A stretch of 64,000 nucleotides of DNA from Trichoplax adhaerens (lineage: Eukaryota > Animalia > Placozoa). The notes beneath the pieces were generated by a model. The model was not told where the DNA came from and did no database searches. It saw nothing but the letters and a program-made list of their open reading frames with translations. The stretch lies in assembly GCF_000150275.1 (NCBI RefSeq), contig NW_002060964.1, positions 425,643-489,642 on the forward strand, read 5' to 3'. How positions within the stretch are numbered: the stretch's first letter is position 1; each line of letters opens with the position of its first letter. Below, in pieces: positions 1 through 11,118 of this stretch. A program made the translations under genes and the position numbers.

Positions 1-1750
1 TATTTAAGTTACATATACTAAAATAAGGTGAAGGTAAGACAAGTAGTAGCTGTCTAATGCAACGGATATAAAACTATGTTTTACACAACTTCGATGGAAT
101 GCAATTTTCTAGGTAATAATTTTATTTACACTGTAATGTGCATCAGGCGATATTAAAGACCATTGGCTCCAGCATCAAGTCAATGGAATGTAACCTTATA
201 AAAAGGTGATTACAGTATTGGACACAAATTGCCATAGATGAATTTTTTAGCATACGCAGCAGTTATACTGGCTATAGTAACTGGAGATTTTTTGAATTCA
301 TGTTAGAAAAATTGTAATGTGGTATTATGATTGAAAGACAATTGCTACAGTGTAATAAAAATGAAATTAAATGTTTACTTATTCATTTCCATGCTGATGA
401 ATGTGAATTTTATTTATAAAAATCTGCTGATCGATGGCCTTGCCGACATAAGACTTTTCTATGTTAAGGCTTTAAGAGAAACATGTACGAAAAGGTAGGA
501 ATAACTAATAGCCGAGCAGAATGATGATAGGTATTTTGTACGCGATAACCTAGCCAACATTAACTAAAGACGATTTTAAGGATGGAGGTTTCATGCAGTC
601 CATCGCAAGATGAACAAAAAACAGATATATTAGCTATATCCAGTCAAAATTGTATAGCCGATATCTGGCTATTTTGCTGGTTATAAGTATTGCATGGTCA
701 TCCGAAAAATAGTATTTATAGATCAAAGCTAATTTGGAGAGTCACAATAAGTATAAAACTTGAATAAAATTAAGTTGTATTATTGGATAATTCTAATTAA
801 TAGGCTGCCGTGTCCGGGACTTTTAAGAAGAGTTTTCTCTGATAAGTCTCTGACCGCACCCTTGATTTTATGATATACTGCCACAATATAATCATACGTA
901 AGGTTTGAATGAATGCGGTTTTAAGGATTGCGATCCGTTAACTCAAAATTTGAATTATTAAAATAGATTAAATATCTTATCTACAACTTTTATTATTCCA
1001 ACTATAATTTACGATTACTTTATTAAGTACCACCAGCTGATTCGCGTGTACTCTTCTGTGGTGTTTACTTCGTATTACAATCTTACTATCGAAGCACAGA
1101 ATGACTGCCGTTCCCTAAAATTACTGCAATAGTATCTCGTATACCTGTACTCTTGCATTTCATTGATTATTTTATATATATTATTTTAAAGTGAACTTTT
1201 TCAATCCTTATGATGATTTCAGCTAATTACAGCAGTTATGTGCTAGGGAGCACAGTGATAGTATGCAGCGTAGAACTGCATGTCTTAATAAAGTAAGCGT
1301 TGATTATAGCTCATTTTTAAGTTGTCGGATTTCGAACTCATATATTACATCACGATTATACAGCGCATAGGTTCCTACAGGTTATAATGCGATGTCGGTC
1401 CATGGGATTGGATTGTTTATTTTCCTAGTAGCAAAATTGGCAAGGACGGGGTTTAGACTACTGTTTTCGCCTATTTGTATAGGATATAGTGTAATATAAA
1501 AATTGACTGGGTTCATCTAATGCACATGATTTGTATTATGTACCGTATATTAGGTAGTAATAGACACCAGTATGAGCTCATTTACTTTGCAGATTAGTAG
1601 GTATCTTAATGATTCAACTTTTAGCATCAACGATATGATTCTAAAGTATTTGATAGGCAGCCTTTCCTTCGCAGCTTATTTTGGTGATATTGGAAAACTG
1701 TGGTGTGTTTCGTTCAAACCCCACGGGTTCAGTCAAGGATTACTCAAGTA

Positions 1751-1873
1751 AGAATTCTCCCTCAAAAGCCGTAAATAAAAAAATCTCCCCTGCACTAAAT
1801 ATACTACGCTAACTATACAGCATTTTTAATATAGGGGGAAATTTTTTAGTTGCGGCCTTGGAGGGAGAATTCT
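1751..1873. repeat. Foldback / MITE-like imperfect inverted repeat (about 50-bp arms)
   Basis: Left arm AGAATTCTCCCTCAAAAGCCGTAAATAAAAAAATCTCCCCT matches the reverse complement of the right arm (AGAATTCTCCCTCCAAGGCCGCAACTAAAAAATTTCCCCCT). Spacer about 20 nt. No clear TSD. Confidence 0.75.
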
Positions 1874-1969
1874 GTGTTGCTTAATTGAGAAGTCGCTGGT
1901 AGTAACTTAGAAACAAGGGCAATGCCACGCAGACGCGGACTGTCAGACTACCGGACAGCCTGGCGTCTA

Positions 1970-2130
1970 GATTACAGTGTAAAGTACTGTACTGTACAGT
2001 GCACAGAAATCTCGCTTCACGTATTGTACTGTACAGAACTGTATTACAGTACAGTGACTCAATCGGTCCATTACTACCCATACAATTGCCTTCTAGCCAA
2101 TCAATTGATCGACAACACTAATGGCGGCCA
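1970..2130 (+). promoter_or_regulatory. Putative LIN52 promoter: TACTGTA/TACAGTA cluster, CCAAT box, YY1-like site
   Basis: Locally GC-richer region upstream of the ATG at 2366. AGCCAATCA at about 2095-2103 (NF-Y-like), AATGGCGGC at 2120-2128 (YY1-like), and several GTACTGTAC/TACAGTACAG units at 1975-2055. Confidence 0.45.
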
Positions 2131-2365
2131 TCAACCAGTAGCAATAACGAATTCCATCTGAAAACCGCCGGCATCGAGTTAGAGGCGGAATAGTTGCAGA
2201 AAGTTATATTAGGTGGCAACAAGACAACTATCAAGTTGATTCAAGAGAGAAAAATAGGTAGAAAACGAGACGATTTCATTTTAGAGTTGTTCTATTCTGT
2301 TCAATAGAAAGCAAAAGGTCGAATTAACGCATTGTAACGACTTGGGATACTGGATTGGAAAAGTC

Positions 2366-3960
2366 ATGGACCAAGGTAAGCAATAGCATTTGCTATGGTG
2401 GAAAAATACTGGTAGTATGAGTTGCAGAATGGCGACGAAGATCTCTTAGTAGCTAGCTAGCAAGGTTGCCGTCGTAGTGATTTACCAGATTAAGTTATAC
2501 TATAATGACTACAGTACTGCAACGCGTTAAAGTACTGTATTGGCATTGGATACTTGTGAAAGACAGGAAGAATTGTTTTCTGTTAATTATTGCCGGACTT
2601 TCAGTGATGATGATGACACTCTGAATGAGTCTTGAACGTGACATGGCTGTAAATTATAATGTTATGGGGACCATGAAATGATCCTATACTGCGCTATGAT
2701 GTAGATATAGATTGCAACCGCTATTATTCGATATATACAGTGTTATAGTCAGCTCACATGCGAATAGCTCAGTTATGACTCACGTACACAACACCCAAGA
2801 ATAGGCTAGTTTTGTTGTGTACTGTAAATGGATTCACATAGAGTCAATATCTACAGCGTTATTCTAGTACAGCTCTTACTGAACGGTATATAAAAATTCT
2901 TACTGTCGAATTCTTCCACAGATATCGAGCAAAGCTTACGGTCACTCTTAAGTGATGAACATTTAGATCGTGATTCCCCCGATTTGTGGTCAGATCCATG
3001 TAAGTTGTCCGCTTTTGCACGTATTTGTAGTAGTGTCTATATAAGTTGCTAACGCTAATGCCAAACAAGATGAACGACTTCAGAGTGAACATTCCAATAG
3101 CATACAGTACGGTACTAATTGATGTCATTATTTGATTAAAATGTCCGTCTTCTACTGTGCTACTATGCAACATGTTATTCAACGCGATCGGATCCTGCCT
3201 TGGTATCCACTATATCTATAATAATCGTCAGCTTTTGGATATAACGTCAAATTTAGTGTGAGTTGCGCAATGGCGATAGCATGACAACGTTTGATTCATT
3301 TTATAGCAGCATTCTCGTACGTAAATTACCCCAGTAATGATAATTGTAATCCTTTGCAATCGGTATTAGCCGGCACCATCTGCTGTTGCCACACCTGGTT
3401 CCAGTAAATGGCAAGACGAATCACAAAACGATCGAGAAATACTAATTCAAGGTAATTTGATATACTGATCGTGTTTAGATTATGATTGCAATTCGAAAAA
3501 TGTCTTTGTCGCAATGCAGAACTTGCTAGCCTTACCAAAGAAGAAGTATTGAAAAAAGTCCGTGACTTGCAGAATTTTGCTTATCAATTAGGCTCAGAAG
3601 AAGGTAATTGTCATCATGATTAATACTGAATACGGCCAGGTGCTCACATACGGGTACAGCTGACTGTAATCATAATTCTGAACTTACCATAAACGTAAAA
3701 GGAATCAAGGGTTATCATACCTTCAGTAAAACAGTGATAAAACCACCATTTCTAAACGATAACTAGAGTATACCAAATGTGGTTATGTAAAGAGTACAAA
3801 TGAATTGTTATCAATTATACCGACGTGAAACTTGAATGCTGTAGCAATAACTGTGTTTTGTCTTTGCCGATGTTGTCATATAGCGAGGGAAATGACTAGA
3901 GGAAAATACTTGAATATACTCCAAAGCGATTCACCCAAAAGAGACTATATTACCTCGTAA
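2366..3960 (+). CDS. LIN52: Protein lin-52 homolog (MuvB/DREAM complex subunit), spliced
   Basis: Exons 2366-2375, 2922-2999, about 3307/3310-3320, 3370-3451, 3520-3603 and 3884-3960 give MDQDIEQSLRSLLSDEHLDRDSPDLWSDP...KWQDESQNDREILIQELASLTKEEVLKKVRDLQNFAYQLGSEEAREMTRGKYLNILQSDSPKRDYITS*. This matches the LIN52 signatures LDRxSPDLW and LQNxAYQLGxxExREMTRGKxLNIL. Confidence 0.93.
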
Positions 3961-4678
3961 TAACGATTGCGTGGATCATCGGATACTCCTGGTTAATATC
4001 AACTATGGCCGCTAAGGATCCTTCATTTATTTCTTGTTGTATCTTTGGCCATTTTGTACTCTTAAATATATATATTGTGTATAAACAAACATAATAATAA
4101 TTATTATACTGTAGACACCGATTCTTTGTGTCATCATTTCGTTATAGTGTTTAAAATACGATTTGCCTACGGACCTCGTCAAGCATTTAGGATTGGCAAA
4201 ATATTACAAAAATTGAGAACGATAGCATATTTTATTGACAAAATACTGTATTACTGCAGCTTTAGAACTGAATCTTATCTTGGCAATTACCTTCAAATCA
4301 TAGTCATAGTAAAATTGCGGCAGCAAAAGAATATATATCAATATTGGCGTGATACGCGTACAATTGGTCAAGGTAACAGTCATTTAGTTAGCAGTTTTCT
4401 GCATGAGTAAAAATGATAGAAATGTATATATATCTAACTACAATGATAAATGTTTATATTTGCCTATAATTTCAGCTCTGTACATCATGTAGAAATATTC
4501 GCAATGCAAAGTCATTACATCTGCCTGATTTGTCGTCAAATTTACAATAAAAATAGGAACGCTATATATAACTAGAACGTGATTCTATTGCTTGAACAAT
4601 TGTATCGAATAGAGAAATGCATTTTATGAAGGAGCAATGTGCTTGTATGCACGATTGTCGTTATTGAAAGCAATCTAT

Positions 4679-7600
4679 CTATAACATCGCGACTACAGCA
4701 AAGGATAAAGCTGAACCAGCCCCTAGTCCTAAAACTAAGCACACATTCATAATAGCTCCGGTGGACTCGGCATATTGGGGATGAACTCTCCTAAGTATCC
4801 GATAAAACAAATATCGATTGTTATTTAAAAATGTAAAATTAATTATTGAAAGAAAATGCCGGCAAAAATTAAAAGTTCTTCCACTACATACTATTTTAGT
4901 CAAAACAAGTCGTAATTAAATTTACCAGTCTACAGCATCAAAAAAATGCACTCGCTATCAATACCTACCTGGGACCAAACATCATGCATAAAGACGCAAT
5001 GTAACCGTTACTTAAACCAATCAAGCACGATAGAATGATATATACCACATCGCTATTGACTAAGACCGGTAAGTGAGATCTTGGTTGAGCATTACAGTAA
5101 AGGATAAGTGGTATAAAGGCGATTCTACTCATAGAGAGTAAAAGAATGGAAATTCCACGATTGTAGTTTGGCTATCCAATAAAAAAATTTTCATTAATAT
5201 TAAGCAAGTGAATCTAGTCAGGTAAATTCTCGGAATCGAAGATGCAAAAAGGAGTAAAGGTAAATAGATTCAAGTTATGTCAAGTTACCACAAGAATCCA
5301 AACTGAAATTGCTCGTCCAACAAAGTCGCTCGTATTGAAAAGGAGGAAGCAGCAAAGAGGTGTAAATAGCTTATCTGGAGAAGTATATAAGGATTTGCAG
5401 TGATTTTAAAAATAAATGATATCCTTAATTTAAGGATCCTTTGCGGCTGAAATGAAGGTAAAGAAACTACATTGCGTCAGAATCACATTACTAAATTACC
5501 AGTGAAAACATTATTTGGCACTCTATCAACCGACTGAATACGAGCCATAACCGCTGGAAATATGGACAAGGTGACGGTGAAACATAGAAAAACGGCTGTT
5601 CCGACAGGCCATACCTGTTATTGTATGCAGTATTAAAAAGCGGGTTATGATTGATATAGTGTAAGATCAAAAGGAGCATCTATGATGATTCAATGTATTT
5701 CCTTTCGATTTAGAACTATAACGACATTGAGGGTAAGAAAAGACTGTCAAGAAAAGTGTTTCCTATAATGACTAACCCTTTTCCAAATTAATAAGACATA
5801 GTTGGAAGAATTGGCATGGAGTGTCTGCTTATATAGTAGATCACGAGCATCATCGTTGACATCTTCTACATCAGCATGCGTCTCCTCTTGGACAGGCGCA
5901 GCCGATTTACCTTTGTTCATGAGTATAAAATTAATCAATATTATCTCAAGGATGATGGCCAGTATATCAACTCGCTACAGTTACAATATTGTTCGGCTAT
6001 CTGTGCCTGATACATGAAGCTGATATTAATTAAACTACATGAACCTACCGTACTCTAAATTTTTCATGTAAAACCGGGCAAATTCCTATATTTGAAACAA
6101 AAATGCATTAGCTGAAGAATGCTAAATTGCATTACTGGACGTCTACTAAAAATAACTGCAACAACGCTTACTAGCTTTCCAAGTCCGACGTTGGTTATCA
6201 AGCAGATAATTAGCACCACTACAGCACAGCTAAAATAGCCCAGCGCACTATCATAGGGATCACTTATACCTGCAACATTGATGTTACTCAGTTTTGCATC
6301 AGAAAGGTAATTCATCAATTGAGATATAAACTCATTAATAGCTTACCAATTAGAGAAAAGATACTAGCCAAAGCAGCAAATACACCTGCTAAAGCCTACA
6401 AAAATTAATAATTATACTAAATTAATTAATAATTATTATATCATCCTAGTATTGCTAAGATATTTAGTGACTATAGCACTTAAGCAGCAATTTGAATTTT
6501 GGTAAAACACCACATCCTTGAAATAATTATAATTATATTGGCTAACCATTCCACTAATAAGTGATTGTGTGTACTCTTTAGGAAATACACCAGCTAATCC
6601 AAATAAACTTGCTTGATAGATTGAAGTTCCAAAAACTGCAATTAAAAAATTGAAGCTTGATCAAAGTTAGCTGGAAGAAATGACAGCCTATTCAAGCATC
6701 ATCAACAACTACTTTGCTTCTTTATTATTGAGGAAAAAATTTATCATGACTATGCTCTATCCAGTTAATTGGACGTACAACTTATGATGATCATGCTGAT
6801 GATGGTTAAAAAAAAGAACGTTTCTTTCCCTATAGCAGTTGTAAAATAAATCATGTTTAATTGCCATGAATGGTTGATTATTATTATTTTTATAATTTAT
6901 TGCAATTATTACGCGTATAGGTAGTTTATATTATGTAACTACATCCAGGGTAATTAGGGCTCATGTTACAACAATGATCATTTGCTAAACGTAGCAATTA
7001 TAACATCTTTGTATAACTAACATTTCGAAGTGTTCACTTTGACCATGATTGTAGTGAAGATGAACATGATGATCAGAACCGACAATGAGAATACCATCCG
7101 TGTTTGTAAACGATATCTGCCATTTCGATTAATTCAATTTAGTTATGATATCAGTTCATATGCCGTTAATAAATTTAAGATTGAAAAATTAGCAATGAAT
7201 CATGTCCTTTCGATGGAAATCAACATGTTGTAAGGGCATAGTGCAATGTCTAAGATAGGCCAATAAAGTGTTACCATATGCTGTCAGCATAACGTAGCCT
7301 AGATATGAGTGAAACTTACGATCGAAGCATACGAACAGTAATTACGGAAGCGATAATGGTGGGTACACTCGACGCCAAGGAGATATAATTTTCAAAGGTG
7401 TGTTGAAATCGTGTCCCTTGCAGCTTGACAGTAAAATACTACATCCACATATAAGGAATAAAAAAATAATTAAGTTAAAAGGAATGAATGACGCTTGCAC
7501 TCGATTCTTCTGGCTACATATCAATTGGATTGAATTAACAGTAGCTTACCAAGCTTGCCGTGATAAACATATTGAAAGGTAGTAGACTACCAACACCTTG

Positions 7601-8237
7601 GATAAAAAAAAGGATATAAACCAATTTCATCCTAAAGGATAGACCCAAGTCATATTAGTTGATAATTGATGGATCATTTATTATTTTTATTGATTGATAA
7701 AGAATGATAAGTTATTTTGTTATTTAATGAAGAAATCAATGTATAGAACGTGTCCAACATATGTTCTTATCCAGTCTAATGAAGGTTAGCTGCTGTCATT
7801 TAGCACATTTTAGTCTATAATGTAGATCAATTGTGACAACTCTACTCCTCGGCAATCATCACTTCGATTCTGATGATCGTGCATTACTTCTCCAGAGTCG
7901 CCAGATGAATGATTGATCCGATGATGATCGATAATACGTTATCCTACCCATAAAATGCAAGTAATCTCTTGCATTCTATCGATTCCATCCGTGAGAAAGT
8001 TATTGGAACGCTATTGACTCATTTCCAATACCATCATCATCTGTAACTGGGCGCTGCTGTCACTTTGTTGTGATTTGAATTTGGTGATTTTTACCCCATT
8101 TCTTCAACTTGATATTAACTACTACGATCGACTTACTTGTCTTTCGGTTTCCCGCGAACATCATCTTGAGAATCAGTACTGCTGTAAGTCTCGGCATGAT
8201 CACCACTGCCTCCGCTATTCCATTTACTTCGAAGCAT
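4679..8237 (-). CDS. Equilibrative nucleoside transporter (SLC29/ENT family), copy ENT-a, multi-exon, apparently intact
   Basis: Exon 1 MLRSKWNSGGSGDHAETYSSTDSQDDVRGKPKD(K); TM1 LVYILFFIQGVGSLLPFNMFITA; TM4 FGTSIYQASLFGLAGVFPKEYTQ; TM8 LLFNTSDFVGRAIS; TM10 GLSNGYIASLCMMFGP; last exon ESTGAIMNVCLVLGLGAGSALSF. Canonical GT-AG junctions. Confidence 0.92.
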
Positions 8238-8747
8238 ATTGCAATGACGATAATCGGATGAGATTTGCTAGAATTGAACACCGATTATCCGATCTAGATA
8301 TTGCGATTAAAAGATTTTTAACAACTCTTGTCATCATTCTGACAAGAGTGTGGGTGCCCGTTCGACTGTTCAGCTGGCATTGATAGTGGCGATTGGTTTA
8401 GTCTTGATAAAGAAACGATTCTACTCGATTAGCAGCTCGTGTATGGGTAGCAATGGTATGGAAGAGAATGTCATTTGGATTGAGAAACTGTTTGGTATGA
8501 GTATTGCTGATAGAGAGAGAAGAAAAGCTCAAAGAACGAAAGAATTTGACTGGATTTTAATGCTGGTTTGGGTACATTAGTCCAAGGACTACAGCCTACA
8601 GTACTTTTAGGTGCAATTCCACTTGGAGATAAACTAACCCATTCAATAGTTTACTTAAAAATTCAAACAATAGAGATACTCGTACATTGCCCATGTAATA
8701 TACGATAGACTCGAACTCAAGAGTCGCAAAGTTCAGCTATACGCCAG

Positions 8748-8755
8748 TGACGTCA
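8748..8755. promoter_or_regulatory. Perfect CRE palindrome TGACGTCA upstream of ENT-a
   Basis: TGACGTCA lies about 510 bp upstream of the ENT-a ATG in a GC-richer segment that also has TACAGTA/TACTGTA motifs. Function is unproven. Confidence 0.3.
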
Positions 8756-8969
8756 AGGCTACCCAGTCACTCACCAACAAGCCCCGATTACAGTACAATG
8801 TACTGTATATTTACAGGACGTACTGTAGGCTTGGGCTTCCTTCACGCCATGCTCACGAGTTCTCGGTGCATTCATTAACATAAATCAAACAAGCAGTCGA
8901 AGATGGGAAGATGATGGCGATCGAGGATTCATTAATATTTGTAGGCGATAGGAGTCCTTTTGATGGCAA

Positions 8970-10170
8970 TGGGATGATGAAGGAATGATAGAAACACTGT
9001 GTAAAGTGGTCTCCTTTTCTTGTAGTAGCCCCTGATGTAAAGTACAGTATCATTAGTCATAAGCCAATAAGTGAGTAATCATTCTAATCGATCATCTACC
9101 GTTGTTAAATACTGATGGAGAAACATGGTATTCGAAGTGTGCAGGTAGTCAAAGTGAAATACATTCTCCTTTTCTTATAGTAGCCCTTGATGTAAAGTAT
9201 TGCATCAATTTCATTTAACTAGTACGGTATAGTATGATGGGATGGCGTTGGAACTGTGCATTATACAAGTAGTTAAAAGGAAGGTACTCGTCACTCATGA
9301 TGAGTCTATTATAGAAACACATTGCAATGCATTCTCCTTTGCTTCTAGCAGCCCTTGATGCAAAGTATTGCATCAATTTCATTTTACTAGTATGGTATAG
9401 CACGATGTGACGTTTCAGAATCTTGGTTGGTCCGTGAAATGGAATGAATGCAATGTATTATCAGTCATAAGCAAATGAGTGAGCAATAATGCTACTGCAT
9501 AATCTAGACCAGAGTTATTGAATACTCATGAATAAAATGGTGTTGGAAAGGTGCATTATACAAGTAGTTCAAAGGAACGTAAACTACCTACTCGTCACTC
9601 ATGATGAGTCTATTATAGAAACACATTGCAATGCATTTCTCTTTTCTTGTAGTAGCCCTTAGATGGCCTTGATGAAAAGTATCATCCGTCATAAACGAAT
9701 GAGTGAGCAATAATTCTAGTGTATATTCTAGAATTCTTGATTACTCCTGCAGAAAATGGTATGCAAACTATACAATTAGTCTCCTTTTCTTGTAGTAGCC
9801 CCAGATGCAAAGCATCATCAGTTAGAAGCAAATGAGTGAAAAATAATTCTACTGTAGGATCTGGACTAGAGTTCTTGAATACTCGCCAATGAAATGGTAT
9901 GCGAACTGTACAAGCAGTCAAAGTGAAGGTAAACTAGCTATTTATCACTCATTATGAGTCAATTATAGCAATGATAGAAGCACCGTGCAATGCAATCTCC
10001 TTTTCTTGTAGTAGCCCTTGATGCAAAGTTTCATCAATCATAGGCGCGAATGAATGAGTAATAATTCGAGTGTATGATCTAGAATTCTTGAATACTCATG
10101 AGTAAAATGGTATGCCAACTGTAATCGAAGTGATGTAAACGAGCAACTCATCGCTCAATTATGAACTACA
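8970..10170. repeat. Degenerate modular tandem array: 6 units of about 145-300 bp sharing the core CTCCTTTTCTTGTAGTAGCCC(T)TGATG
   Basis: Core at about 9011, 9166, 9334, 9638, 9781 and 9997. Secondary modules (AATGAGTGAG.AATAATTCTA, TTCTTGAATACTC, AAATGGTATG, CACTCATGATGAGTCTATTATAG) are shared in different combinations. Confidence 0.88.
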
Positions 10171-11118
10171 GTACTCAAAAATGCCTTTCGTCATGGACTT
10201 CTACAGTAGATATCCTAGAAGTACATTAACGAAGGAAAACCCACAGATGTGATGGAGAATAAGTAAGTATACTTGAATACTGCCAATTAGGGGATGAAAA
10301 AGAGTCGTATGCAATATGTGGGAAATTGAAAAACTAGCAATACTGAATTTTTGCCATCAAGATTCAGTAACCTATTCGAAGGATATGCTAACGGCTTGCA
10401 ACATAGCAATGAAAGTGTGGAAGGTAAAAAAAAAAATAATCGACGCGTCTATGAGAGCTTGTACAAAAATGCATGCTACGTCCAAGTTCATTACAGGTTT
10501 CTGCTAACCTGGGTTAACTTATACTAGTATCAAAACATGTAACCTGAAGATTCCATCTCAGCCCTTTTAAATTAGATTATGCAATATCGTACTTTCTTAA
10601 ACCCACATTTAATCATAGTCATGGAAATAAGATACACATTTCCAATACTTTATGATTTTTATTTCTTTATTCGTGCTGACAATAAGTATGAATGCATACA
10701 AGAAAAAGCGAAATGACCAAAATTGCTTCTAGATGAATACTGTAATTCTTGATATTGATAGAATAGAATTATAATGATGAATGATACTGAGTTATTTTCC
10801 TACAACGTACAGGTAAACTCGTATAAGGCACGATAGTGTTTGCATATCGAAGAGTTAGTGATATTCCTAAACACTTTGACGCTTGGCCTTATAGAATAAC
10901 ATTATAACTTATGGTTCGTCCTACAATTGTTTTGTCAGATTCGTGTCAATGCTGATTGAATTATGATGCCTATTGCCTACAGAGCCAAGACAGCAAGTGC
11001 AAATTGGATAGAGCTATGTCCTAGTATTAGCGAAGCAGCGATGACTAGCTTAACGACCATCATCCATACAATTAAAATGATCCAAGAACGCCATTATTTT
11101 AAGTTAGCCAAGAAAGAG

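Noticed and set aside
1-1750. Possible exons upstream of LIN52 (for example + strand 1625-1747 with good splice sites; - strand open stretch at about 780-900)
   Set aside because: The translations match no family I recognise and could not be joined into a gene model.
8970-10170. CRISPR array interpretation of the repeated core
   Set aside because: The inter-core segments are long, variable and homologous to each other; there are no cas genes; the context is eukaryotic.
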